Positions 36,062 through 45,673 of a stretch of DNA of 61,467 nucleotides are shown piece by piece. Positions within the stretch are counted from its first letter, which is position 1. Each line of letters opens with the position of its first letter. The stretch spans positions 1-61,467 of the IMG/VR virus record IMGVR_UViG_3300026125_000002; one strand, 5' to 3'. The notes under the pieces were generated by a model. The model was given only the letters and a program-made list of their open reading frames with translations, was not told where the DNA came from and did not search any database. This DNA is from a virus. Taxonomy: Duplodnaviria > Caudoviricetes. The translations under genes and the position numbers were made by a program.

Positions 36062-36991
36062 TTACTTTACAAAACGAGAGATGCTATCCACATAGGCGGC
36101 AACAGCAGGATCGATTGCAGGCGCCTTTGCTTCTTCTACAACTTCTTCTTCGAGATATTCAGTCGCATCTTCCTGTGCAACAGCAGACTCGGCAAAGTAG
36201 CTTTCTTTGATAGCAACTAGCTTCTTAGCGTAATCTTCAACAGAATCGAAAGAAACGCCTTCAGCTAGCACACCAAGTTTGTCAGCTTGAGTCTCAGTAA
36301 GACCTTCAGCGACAGTGCGGAAAGTAGCAGCTAGTTCTAGCTGTTCTTTCTCTTCACGTAGAGCCATCATCTGTTCTACAACTTCATTGTATTTAGTAGT
36401 AGATTCTTCAAGCTTAGTTTCCATTTCAGCAACAGCATCTACAGTTTCTTCATCGATCTGTAGGTTGTGCTCAGAGACTAGGCCTTTGATGCCGTCAAAT
36501 AGTGACTCAGCAACTTGTACCTTGATGTTGCTTTCTAGTGCAACTTCGTTAGCTTCCATCCAGTGCTCAACTACGTAGTCGAGGTAAGAGTCAACTTTTT
36601 CTACGATATCGTCAATAGCAGTAGAAACTTGCTCTTGTAGATCAGCTTCAAACTGTTCTGCTAGAGCTTCTTTTTCAGCTAGTACTTTCTCATGTACAGC
36701 GGCTTCAAATACTGCTACTGTTTTAGATTTAAATTCTTCAGAAACTTCCTGACCTTCAAAGAGACCAACGAATGCTTCAGCTAGAGCTGGCTCCTCAGCA
36801 ACTTCTTCTTCAGAAATTTCTTCTTCTTCTTCTTTAACTGCTTCTGGAGCAGATTTTTTATCGGCCTTGCGCTTCTTGTCGTTGCCGCCTTCAGGTGTTA
36901 CTGCATCAGCAGATTCAGAATCTTCACCTGTAGCTTTGGCTTCGTCAAGTTCTAAGTCAAGATCCTTTTTCATTTCTAGTTCTTCACTCAT
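36062..36991 (-). CDS. gp22: Prohead core scaffold (gp22)
   Basis: Acidic coiled coil; SEEFKSK..VFEAAV, VDSYLDYVVE.W and IKESYF motifs. Confidence 0.93.
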   Translation of the reverse strand: MSEELEMKKDLDLELDEAKATGEDSESADAVTPEGGNDKKRKADKKSAPEAVKEEEEEISEEEVAEEPALAEAFVGLFEGQEVSEEFKSKTVAVFEAAVHEKVLAEKEALAEQFEADLQEQVSTAIDDIVEKVDSYLDYVVEHWMEANEVALESNIKVQVAESLFDGIKGLVSEHNLQIDEETVDAVAEMETKLEESTTKYNEVVEQMMALREEKEQLELAATFRTVAEGLTETQADKLGVLAEGVSFDSVEDYAKKLVAIKESYFAESAVAQEDATEYLEEEVVEEAKAPAIDPAVAAYVDSISRFVK

Positions 36992-37040
36992 TTGACTTCT
37001 CCTTAGTTTAAAAGTATTGCTACCTTATTATTTATATGAA

Positions 37041-37736
37041 TTACGATTTAGACAAAGATTTCAAGAATTTCTCGAAAATTACAGCCGCTTTCTCTTCAAG
37101 TTGTTGCTTAGAGTAACGACCAGTAGCTTTGATCTCTTCTTCAATCTCGTCAAAGGCATTAGCCATCGTCCAAGAAGATGAGGCAACATCGTAAACCCAG
37201 TCAACACCTTCCATAACACCTTTAACAAATGCATCTGGTGCAGATGGGTCAGCAACGATATCACCAGCCGTAGCTAGCATGAAGTCATTTTGCACTTCCA
37301 TGATACCGCTTTCGTTTTTCTTGATAGAACCCATACCACGTGAAGAGATACCTAGATTTGCGCCTTCATCAATTAGATTCTTTACGATTTTACCCATCGG
37401 CGTATCCATGATTTTAGCACGACCGACTACGTTAGAACCATCTTCACGTAGCTCAGTGAACATATGAGATACACGATCTAGATTAATAGTTGGACCTGCT
37501 GGATGACCAAGTTCACCGTATGCACGATTCTTAGTCACATAGTTCTCATTGTAGCGAGCAGTTTCACGCATAAGAACTTCTTTAGGATATACACGACCAT
37601 TTCTATTCTTGATATCACCTTGCATGATGATACCTTCGATGAAGTAATTCTTGCCTTTAGCGTTGCCTTCTTCATCAAGAATATCTTCTGAAATGTATTG
37701 AACTTCTTCTACAAGTTCTTTAATTAATAGTGACAT
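37041..37736 (-). CDS. gp21: Prohead protease (gp21)
   Basis: NRNGRVYP, GELGHP, GISSRGMGS and DIVADPSAPDAFV motifs. Confidence 0.97.
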   Translation of the reverse strand: MSLLIKELVEEVQYISEDILDEEGNAKGKNYFIEGIIMQGDIKNRNGRVYPKEVLMRETARYNENYVTKNRAYGELGHPAGPTINLDRVSHMFTELREDGSNVVGRAKIMDTPMGKIVKNLIDEGANLGISSRGMGSIKKNESGIMEVQNDFMLATAGDIVADPSAPDAFVKGVMEGVDWVYDVASSSWTMANAFDEIEEEIKATGRYSKQQLEEKAAVIFEKFLKSLSKS

Positions 37737-38353
37737 TACATTGCCTCCTTAGCGAATTTTACAATTTGCTCAAAGCCTTTCTTGTCACCAGTCATAACTT
37801 CTTGCATCTTTTTCTTATTTGCAGAGTTTAGACTTTTAAATAATTCTGAAACGGCATCAGCGTCTTCTTTTGAAAGCTTTACCATGCTACCGTCGTTTAG
37901 CTTCATGCTACCAGCTTTAACAGCTTCCATTAGCTCGACTTCTTCTTTCATAGCCATCTTGGTTGCAGTGGCATACATTACCTTTTCAGCGTCTTCACCA
38001 TACTTGTCTTTGAAATCACCGATCTTTTTCTTCATCGACTTAATGATTTCTTCACGCTTTTTGTACTGCTTCTCAGACATTTTCTCTTCATCAAAAGAGC
38101 ATTCGTGGTCTTCACCACGCTTGTATGACTTACCGCAGTCAGGGCATTCGATAGACTCAGCTTCTTCATATACAGCTTCGTCATCTTCGTGATCCGCTTT
38201 GCGCTTAGCTTTTTTAGCTTTAGCTACAAACTGATCTTCTTCTGACTCTGGATGATCTTGTTTGTCTACAATGTGTTTGTCTGCAAAACGCTTTTCGTCA
38301 GGTGATTTAATCTTATCGACAGTTTCACCTAGCATTTCTTTAAAACTTTTCAT
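37736..38353 (-). CDS. Prohead core protein (gp68 position) with capsid-targeting-like N-terminus
   Basis: MKSFKEMLGE; highly charged; VMYATATKMA; lies between the gp67-like gene and gp21. Confidence 0.7.
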   Translation of the reverse strand: MKSFKEMLGETVDKIKSPDEKRFADKHIVDKQDHPESEEDQFVAKAKKAKRKADHEDDEAVYEEAESIECPDCGKSYKRGEDHECSFDEEKMSEKQYKKREEIIKSMKKKIGDFKDKYGEDAEKVMYATATKMAMKEEVELMEAVKAGSMKLNDGSMVKLSKEDADAVSELFKSLNSANKKKMQEVMTGDKKGFEQIVKFAKEAM

Positions 38354-38365
38354 GGCTCAACCTTA

Positions 38366-38572
38366 TTATTCTACTTCTGAATCTACTTCAGCGGAAGCTT
38401 CGACTTCAGCAGGAGCTTCTGCTACTTGATCTTCTACACTGCCACTGTACATAGAGTCGTACTTTGCAGCAACAGCAGTTTCTACTTTACCAGCCATAAC
38501 AGAATCAAAAGCTTTTTCAAACTCACTAGCATCTTTAGAAAGTGCGCTGTGAATCATATCTTTAATGCTCAT
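38366..38572 (-). CDS. Prohead core protein (gp67-like)
   Basis: Small acidic protein directly downstream of the portal gene. Confidence 0.65.
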   Translation of the reverse strand: MSIKDMIHSALSKDASEFEKAFDSVMAGKVETAVAAKYDSMYSGSVEDQVAEAPAEVEASAEVDSEVE

Positions 38573-38626
38573 AATAATACCTCTCTTTATATTTGATATA
38601 ACTATTTATCATTTTGTAATATTCGA

Positions 38627-40168
38627 TTAAAACTCTTGATCAAACTCATCGTTAGGGTCTGGTTCTTCTTCTTTTTCTTTTTCAATCTGTTTACTAATCT
38701 CTTCAATGTCTGTATCATTCATGTATAGAACGTTACGCTGAATCCATTGTTTAGAGTAGTAGCGACCAGTGTAGTCATCAATATCACGTAGTAGCTGTAA
38801 ACGATTCTGTAGAATCTCAGATTGCTTCAACTCTTCAAAATGGTTGTCTTGCATAAAGTCATAACGTAGTGCAGACTGAATGGCTGGCCACTCTTCTGGG
38901 GTGATCACGCCTTTTAGAATTAGTTGCTTCTCTAGTACTTTATCGAATAGAATAGAGAATCTAGCACGTAGTCTGCGAATAAACTTACCAAACTTAATTT
39001 CGTCACGACTAATCTCAGATGCACGACCTAAGGAGAATCCAGCATCAGCTTCCATACGTGATAGCGGTACGTTCAGTGATTTAAACAAACGTTTTTGGAA
39101 ATACAATACGTCTTCCATTTCACCTAGATTCTGACCACCAGGTAGAGTAGTGATTTCTGTACCTCTACCACCCTCACGGCGTGGGAGCCAGAAATCATCT
39201 GTCATGCTCATGTGTCTGCGATCATCACGAACTTCGCCTGAGTTCATATCGTACACTAAGCGATTTTTATGCTTAGCCATCATATCACGTAGATATTGCT
39301 CAGCTTTCATCTTAGGTAAGTTACCTACATCGATGTAGAATACTCTGCGCTCAGGCGCACGTGATATACGATAGATTACTACAGCATCTTCCATCATACG
39401 CAATTGATTCAAAGGCTTGATTGCTTTGTGAAGATGTGATAAAACTAGTGTATTGTTTTCGTTTAGTACGCCTGAGTTACAATTTACAATAGAGTCTTTA
39501 GCGATACGTAGACCGCTTGCATTTACATTGCTACCTTCAAACCCTTGCTGAATGCTTGACGCATTCTGCATGTGGAAGCCTCTTTCGCTGTAAATGTAGT
39601 ACTCATTCTTAATACGCTTCATAAAACCAGCATTACCATCAGTATTGGTACGCTGTTTTTCATACTCACGTACTTTACGAATTTTACGTGGGTCGATATA
39701 TCTTAGCTCTTGAATACCTTTTCGTGGTTGCTTTTCGTCAATCATTACGTGATAGTTCAAACGACCATCTACGTACCACTTCTGAAAGATATCATAGCCT
39801 TGATTAGAAAAGTCTAATAGATTAAGAATCTGATCAAACTCTTCACGAATTCTTTCTTTGATGTTATCAGATAGTTCTAGATCATCTGTAACACACTCAA
39901 CAACTTTTTCAGACTCAGAGATAACAATAGCTTCGTTAACGATATCGTCAACGGCCTGTTGAACTTCTGGTTGCTGTAACATACCACGGTATTTTTGAAC
40001 GAGTTCGGCCTCTGACTTAGCAGTACCCTCTAAGTCAATAAAGCTACTCATTGCTCCGCCAGCGGCAGCTACCGATACGGCACCATCATCCTTTTGCGGC
40101 TCAGCAAAAGACTTGATGTTCTTATTCTCTTCTTTTTTACGTGTTATCTCAAATCCGAATAGTTCCAT
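38627..40168 (-). CDS. gp20: Portal protein (gp20)
   Basis: WYVDGRL, YRISRAPERRVFYIDVGNLPK and DFWLPRREGGRGTEITTLPGG motifs. Confidence 0.98.
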   Translation of the reverse strand: MELFGFEITRKKEENKNIKSFAEPQKDDGAVSVAAAGGAMSSFIDLEGTAKSEAELVQKYRGMLQQPEVQQAVDDIVNEAIVISESEKVVECVTDDLELSDNIKERIREEFDQILNLLDFSNQGYDIFQKWYVDGRLNYHVMIDEKQPRKGIQELRYIDPRKIRKVREYEKQRTNTDGNAGFMKRIKNEYYIYSERGFHMQNASSIQQGFEGSNVNASGLRIAKDSIVNCNSGVLNENNTLVLSHLHKAIKPLNQLRMMEDAVVIYRISRAPERRVFYIDVGNLPKMKAEQYLRDMMAKHKNRLVYDMNSGEVRDDRRHMSMTDDFWLPRREGGRGTEITTLPGGQNLGEMEDVLYFQKRLFKSLNVPLSRMEADAGFSLGRASEISRDEIKFGKFIRRLRARFSILFDKVLEKQLILKGVITPEEWPAIQSALRYDFMQDNHFEELKQSEILQNRLQLLRDIDDYTGRYYSKQWIQRNVLYMNDTDIEEISKQIEKEKEEEPDPNDEFDQEF

Positions 40169-40184
40169 ACTTTATTCCTTAACT

Positions 40185-40208
40185 GAAGGGAGGACAATGC
40201 CTCCCTTC
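40185..40208 (-). other. Intergenic hairpin between gp19 and gp20
   Basis: GAAGGGAGG-CATTGT-CCTCCCTTC with no U-tract; could be a stability element or weak terminator. Confidence 0.5.
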
Positions 40209-40233
40209 TCTACTTTAATTACTAAAGTATTTA

Positions 40234-40788
40234 TTAAGCGTTTGTACCGCCATTTCCAGTAACACCACCAGTAACGTCCCAGTAGTCATACTGGAATGTA
40301 ACCTGGAAAGTCTCAATTGCATCAGTAGTACCCCAATCCATTTCAATAGAAGAAATAGTAGTTGGGAACAAACCGTTGAATGAGTAAGTTCTTAGCGGTG
40401 TGCCAGTCTTAGAGTACTGCGTAATCTGAGCCTGAGCCTTGTACTGGTTAGGTGAAGCGCTTGCTAGTGGGCGAATATTACCTTGATGGGTATTGATATT
40501 AGCCATCCACTGTTCCATTGCATTACGCACTAGAAAGTCTTCATCGTTGATAATAGTAACTGTCCATTCAGCGAAAGTACGGTCACCAGCGATTTTTACC
40601 TTACGGCCAAAGTAGGGCACTTCAATAGTGCCCAAAGTAGCCTCTGGAATTGAAGCCGCTTGAACCATGAATGGTACTTTAAGATCGGCGATTCCATTGA
40701 TCGGGTTAGTGATCTGTACTTGGAATAGCGATGCTTTTGCACCACCGAAGGTCAGTTGGCTCTTGATTTCATTAATGTTGAAAGCCAT
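40234..40788 (-). CDS. gp19: Tail tube protein (gp19)
   Basis: VPYFGRKVKIAGDRTF.EWTVTI.NDEDF; F.VTFQYDYW. Confidence 0.96.
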   Translation of the reverse strand: MAFNINEIKSQLTFGGAKASLFQVQITNPINGIADLKVPFMVQAASIPEATLGTIEVPYFGRKVKIAGDRTFAEWTVTIINDEDFLVRNAMEQWMANINTHQGNIRPLASASPNQYKAQAQITQYSKTGTPLRTYSFNGLFPTTISSIEMDWGTTDAIETFQVTFQYDYWDVTGGVTGNGGTNA

Positions 40789-40820
40789 GTTGCTTTTCTC
40801 CTTTTAACTCTATCTATTTA

Positions 40821-42764
40821 TTAAAACTGACCAACGATTTCACTAAACTCTACACCAGTTCTAACTGCAACAAAGTTGAGTTGAATGAAGTTGATTGAGC
40901 GAGCAGGCTTGATGTAGATATCACCTACAAAACGATTGCTGTCAATTACTTCACCAGTGTTATTAGTTTCATCACACACGACTCGGAAATCGTAGATACC
41001 ACGACGGCCTTGTACGTCACGTAGGAACGGTTCAACTAGATTTCTAAACTGCGCTCTAGTGAATTCATCGTTGAATTCGAATAGAGTGTACTTAGATGCA
41101 CGTGCGATAGCTTTCTCAAGAACGATAAACAAGCGGCGAACGTTAATACGATCAAATGCGCTTGGCTTAGCTTGAAGAGTCTTATCACCGAACAATACAG
41201 TACCTTCGCCAGCTTGAGTAATTACTGGGTTGATACCTTTCTTGTACAACTGATCACGGAAAGCTTTAGATGGGTTCCAAGCTAGTTTAACAACGTTCTT
41301 AACTTGACCACGGTTGTAGCCTGCAGGCGAGAACCAAGGATCACGAACATCATCAGTGCGTACACATAGACCAGCAATGTCACCATTGAGTGGAGTGTAT
41401 ACGTAGCGATCATTGTACTTGTCGTAGCGGTATTTGTAACCACTGTCCATCACACCGTAAGAAGATGATGTAACGCCAGCACGGAACGCAACTACGTTAT
41501 CTGTAGCAGTAGACTGGCTAGATACACCAACAACATCTTCACGCTTAGGTGAGATAAATGCGATACAGTCTTTGCGTACTTCACATACGTTTTGGATGAT
41601 GTAGTTCGCTAGTTCGTAACCGTTTTCGCCGATTGCTTTACCTTGTAGAACAAGTGATATGTCAACTTCTTCTGAGTTAGCAAACTCATCATAAGCCATT
41701 GAAACGCCACCTAGAACTTCTGGTGCAGTTTCGTCAAAACCGTCTACACCATTTTCTAGCTGTTCGATGCCGGTAGTAGCAGAAGGTACAATAGTAGCTG
41801 CAATGTAAGCAGAACGTTGTTCTAGAACGTCTAATACGTAATTGTTAGTGCCGTCTTCTTTACGAGCACCTTCAAGTGAAGAAACGTTTTCGTAAACCTC
41901 TACTACAGAACCTTCAACACCAGTGAAAGAACCAGAAACGTCTACTACAACAATGTGCATATGTGAAGCATCTGGTGCATCATCAAAGATGGCTTTCGCA
42001 TCAGTAGAAGCTACGTCCCAGTTTGCTGGGGTAATTACTTCTACACCTAGACTGTCACCGAGTGCACCAGGATACTTAGCAGAAATACCAGAAGTTGTGT
42101 TAGATGCTGCGCTAGCACCACTTTCTGCACGTACAACATATAGCTTGTTACCGTAAGCTAGGAAATCAGCAGCGGTAAACCAAGTCTCTACGTTAGACCA
42201 TGCGCTAGTAGTGTAAGAGTCTGCAACACCTTGAGTGCGAGTAGTAGCACCTTGTACAAAGTCGGTAGATGATCCTGTGTACGCTAGAGTAACATCGAAG
42301 TCTAGAACGTTACCAGCTTCAACGTATTTAACTTCTAGAACACCAGAAGTATTTACCGCTTGAATATTCGTTACGCCTGCAGCCTCGATTGCAGTCTGTA
42401 ATGCTGCCGCTAGATCATCTACAGTACCGAACCCATTGGCTTGACCTGCTTGTGCAGTAGTGAAGTCTACGCCACCAATGGTCAATGTGTATGTATCCGT
42501 AGTATCGTTATTATCAGAGGCGAGTACTAGATTGTCGAATGAGATAGTTTCGACTGTACCCTGTACTAGAGTGGTAGTGCTTGTAGAGTGTGGACGACCG
42601 AATCTTTTTACTAGATCGTCTTCAGAGCTTACAAGTACCCTTTCACCAACAGGACCCCAACGGAAAACGCCTGCGATGGCACCTTCTGTAGTGGAGACTG
42701 CTGGCACAACTGTAGTAAGATCGATCTCACTAACATTTACACCTGGACTTACTTGAAATGCCAT
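40821..42764 (-). CDS. gp18: Tail sheath protein (gp18)
   Basis: SPGVNVSEIDLT, PWFSPAG.NRG, FDRINVRRLF and KPARSINFI motifs. Confidence 0.98.
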   Translation of the reverse strand: MAFQVSPGVNVSEIDLTTVVPAVSTTEGAIAGVFRWGPVGERVLVSSEDDLVKRFGRPHSTSTTTLVQGTVETISFDNLVLASDNNDTTDTYTLTIGGVDFTTAQAGQANGFGTVDDLAAALQTAIEAAGVTNIQAVNTSGVLEVKYVEAGNVLDFDVTLAYTGSSTDFVQGATTRTQGVADSYTTSAWSNVETWFTAADFLAYGNKLYVVRAESGASAASNTTSGISAKYPGALGDSLGVEVITPANWDVASTDAKAIFDDAPDASHMHIVVVDVSGSFTGVEGSVVEVYENVSSLEGARKEDGTNNYVLDVLEQRSAYIAATIVPSATTGIEQLENGVDGFDETAPEVLGGVSMAYDEFANSEEVDISLVLQGKAIGENGYELANYIIQNVCEVRKDCIAFISPKREDVVGVSSQSTATDNVVAFRAGVTSSSYGVMDSGYKYRYDKYNDRYVYTPLNGDIAGLCVRTDDVRDPWFSPAGYNRGQVKNVVKLAWNPSKAFRDQLYKKGINPVITQAGEGTVLFGDKTLQAKPSAFDRINVRRLFIVLEKAIARASKYTLFEFNDEFTRAQFRNLVEPFLRDVQGRRGIYDFRVVCDETNNTGEVIDSNRFVGDIYIKPARSINFIQLNFVAVRTGVEFSEIVGQF

Positions 42765-42819
42765 TTCATTTCTCCTTGTTATTGTGAGTTATTAGATTTC
42801 AATAATCTTCTTGTCTTTA

Positions 42820-42827
42820 TATTTATA
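42820..42827 (-). promoter_or_regulatory. T4-type late promoter TATAAATA for gp18
   Basis: Exact consensus in the gp17-gp18 gap. Confidence 0.8.
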
Positions 42828-42838
42828 AAAAGAGCGAT

Positions 42839-44458
42839 CTAGTAGTTGAAGAAAGAACTTCCGAAACCACCGTTCATGTTCTCAGATTCTTCAAGATCGT
42901 AGTCATTGAAACCTAATGGGAGTAGATTATCCATCATTTCGTCTTCATTTCTTTGTCTTAATGCGGCCATTGTATTTATGTCAGTCATGTCTCTAAAGAA
43001 TGTCTGATCACTTAACCACCCAAATAAGACAAGACACATTACCAAGTCATCATGGCAGCCAGATTCAGCCTCATATGATACGCCCTTTCTAGAGAAAGTT
43101 GACAATTCATTAATAGTATCAAAGTCATTGACAACCAATTGATCTTGCTCTATCATCATTTTGAGCATATTACAACCGATTGCTTTTACGCTTTTAGTTG
43201 TGCGAATACCTTTGTCAACGTTCTTACCGAAACCAGCAGAGATTCGCTTACCTGATCTACCAGCAGATTCAGTGAATAGTAGTGTTTCCACTTCATAATC
43301 AAAGTGCAAGATTTGCGATACTTGCTCTCCGATATCATTGATTTCGATTAGAGCATACGCTTCATTATATCCCTTCAATGTTCTATATATAACTTCAGCG
43401 TAATCAATAGGGGTAACCATATTGTCTCTGTATGAAGCAACTTGCTTGTATGGCATCTTGCTTACATCTAGAACTTGAAAAGCAGAGTAGTCTAATCCCT
43501 TGCCACGAGACACGTCCACTGTTACAATATACGTATTACCTTTAATCGGTCTTTCGTATACTTTTAGCCCTTGTACATCAGACAGTGGATCACGAATCAC
43601 AAGAGCTTTGAGTTTATTACCCTCAATCAGAGTACCAGAGCTACCTAAGAACTGACATTCAAATTCTTGTGCGAACTTCTGATAGTCATGGTCCATTGCT
43701 TGTAGCGTTTCTTCTTTCCACTTTTCATCACGACCAGGCACATCATACCACATCACTTCTAAGAACTGATAACCGTTCTTGCCTTCTCTTGCGCCTTCAC
43801 AAGTCTTGTAGAAGTGATTCAGACCGTTTGGTGTACTAGTAAAGAGAATCTTAGTTGTATTACCAGATGAAATAGTCGGGAATACAGAAGCAAAGAATTC
43901 ATCCCAGTTTTCTACGAAAGCCGTTTCATCGATATACAGAAACGATATAGACTTACCTCGGATAGCAGAACTTGATGTAGCTCCTGCAATGATTTTACAA
44001 CCGTTTTCAAATTCAACACTCCCCTTGTTCCATTCGATCACGCCTTGCTGCAACCACTTGGGTAGTGCTTCGTATGCAATCTTGATACGATCAAGAATCT
44101 CACGTGCGGCATCACCTTTGTTTGCAAGTAGTGCAACAGTCTTATGATCGTGAAATAGAACATAGTGAAGAATAACAGCAACAGCAGTAGTAGTCTTGCC
44201 AGCTTGTCGTGAAGTGTTCACAGCCATACGTCTATGTGCTGTAATAGTTCTAATAATAGTCTTTTGATATTCGTACAAACGAATAGGAATCAGACCGTGG
44301 TCAACGTGTACGATCTGAATGTATTTCTCTGCAAAGTAGATAGGATCTTTAGCACACTTGACATACTCTTGAATCATTTCAGGAGTAAATTCGATAGGTA
44401 GTCCTTTGCGCTTTAGATTAACGTTACCGTTATATCCTTTATCAATCAGTTGGGTCAT
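42839..44458 (-). CDS. gp17: Terminase large subunit (gp17)
   Basis: SRQAGKTT, LYIDE, STPNG.NHFY, DVSRG.G.DYS and HDDLVM motifs. Confidence 0.98.
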   Translation of the reverse strand: MTQLIDKGYNGNVNLKRKGLPIEFTPEMIQEYVKCAKDPIYFAEKYIQIVHVDHGLIPIRLYEYQKTIIRTITAHRRMAVNTSRQAGKTTTAVAVILHYVLFHDHKTVALLANKGDAAREILDRIKIAYEALPKWLQQGVIEWNKGSVEFENGCKIIAGATSSSAIRGKSISFLYIDETAFVENWDEFFASVFPTISSGNTTKILFTSTPNGLNHFYKTCEGAREGKNGYQFLEVMWYDVPGRDEKWKEETLQAMDHDYQKFAQEFECQFLGSSGTLIEGNKLKALVIRDPLSDVQGLKVYERPIKGNTYIVTVDVSRGKGLDYSAFQVLDVSKMPYKQVASYRDNMVTPIDYAEVIYRTLKGYNEAYALIEINDIGEQVSQILHFDYEVETLLFTESAGRSGKRISAGFGKNVDKGIRTTKSVKAIGCNMLKMMIEQDQLVVNDFDTINELSTFSRKGVSYEAESGCHDDLVMCLVLFGWLSDQTFFRDMTDINTMAALRQRNEDEMMDNLLPLGFNDYDLEESENMNGGFGSSFFNY

Positions 44459-44867
44459 CGTTACGCATATCCTTCAATAATTGCTGTAGCTCAGCAGTAG
44501 AGCCAACAAACAGATTATTATTCGTCACATTCTTTCCATCTTGCGTTTCTTGCTTGCTGTCCTTTTCTTTCTTCTCGCTCATAGCAACTAAGTCTTTGTT
44601 AGCGTCTACAAGCGTTTTCATAATCGTAGAAACGACTTCATAAGCACGTGGATGCTCAGATGCTTTTGCAAGATCAAGCATGTCTTCTAGTGCTTGAGAT
44701 CCCTTTTCAATCACGTTGTAAAAATTAGTACGTGCGTATTCATAGTCTGCTTCAGACTTAGAATCTGGATCGTTACTAATCGTTACAGGTCTAGCTTCAA
44801 CTATTTCACCCATAGAAGGCTTTTCGATTGGAGCTATTCCCAAAGCATCAGCAATATCATCTTTCAT
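44442..44867 (-). CDS. gp16: Terminase small subunit (gp16)
   Basis: DYEYAR, SEHPRAYEV and NNLFVGSTAELQ motifs. Confidence 0.95.
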   Translation of the reverse strand: MKDDIADALGIAPIEKPSMGEIVEARPVTISNDPDSKSEADYEYARTNFYNVIEKGSQALEDMLDLAKASEHPRAYEVVSTIMKTLVDANKDLVAMSEKKEKDSKQETQDGKNVTNNNLFVGSTAELQQLLKDMRNDDPTD

Positions 44868-45673
44868 TACTGAATATCCTCAATATCTTGGACAGTTACG
44901 ATATATGCCCAATTATCATTAATGTCTATATCTGCATAATCTACAGTATCATCTAGTGAAGTTGTTGGTTCATTATTAGCAGTAAGACCAGGTTGTACAT
45001 TAACTTTGATATCTGGGTATGTGATATCATCATTAGTCGTAACTTTAGCTTCAGAAAACTTAATCACTTTCTTATTGCTAGTAGGTCCGAAGTAGTAACC
45101 TTTAAGTGTGAAAGATAGCGTCCAGATCAAAGCACGGCGCTCTTCAAAAGAACCTTCGTATACGTCTTCAGTGCTAACAGAATTCAATACAACTGGAATA
45201 TCAACATACAAATCTAGTTCATCTAGTATCTTAACAGATACAGTAAAATCAGGCTTGAAGAAAGGTAGAATCTGTTCTAGAATCTTTGTTCCATCTTCAT
45301 TATATTTAGTCATAATGTTCAATTGAAACTCAATGTCATATGGAGCAGGTGTATACTGAGTTTGCAGTGAGTTTGTAATAGCCGCACCAGCACGAATCAT
45401 ATTGTTTCGTGGTAGATTGCGCTCAGCACTATAGGTCATACCAGTGATCTCAAAAGAGATGCGTGGTAGAGTCATTGCTGGAGCATCTAGATTAGGGTCT
45501 TGCTCAAGTCTAGCAAGAATCTTTTGCATAGGCGCATAGTTAACTGGCACCTTCATTGTTTGACTATACGAGCCATCATTATTAGTACGCACAATGCTTA
45601 TATCATTGAACAGCGTACCAAATACTGCTACATATCGTCTCGTAGTCTCATTGTAAAAGTCTCTACCAAACAT
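44867..45673 (-). CDS. gp15: Tail sheath stabiliser/terminator (gp15)
   Basis: FGTLFNDI, LPRISFE, EQILPFF.P and IWTLSF motifs. Confidence 0.94.
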   Translation of the reverse strand: MFGRDFYNETTRRYVAVFGTLFNDISIVRTNNDGSYSQTMKVPVNYAPMQKILARLEQDPNLDAPAMTLPRISFEITGMTYSAERNLPRNNMIRAGAAITNSLQTQYTPAPYDIEFQLNIMTKYNEDGTKILEQILPFFKPDFTVSVKILDELDLYVDIPVVLNSVSTEDVYEGSFEERRALIWTLSFTLKGYYFGPTSNKKVIKFSEAKVTTNDDITYPDIKVNVQPGLTANNEPTTSLDDTVDYADIDINDNWAYIVTVQDIEDIQ

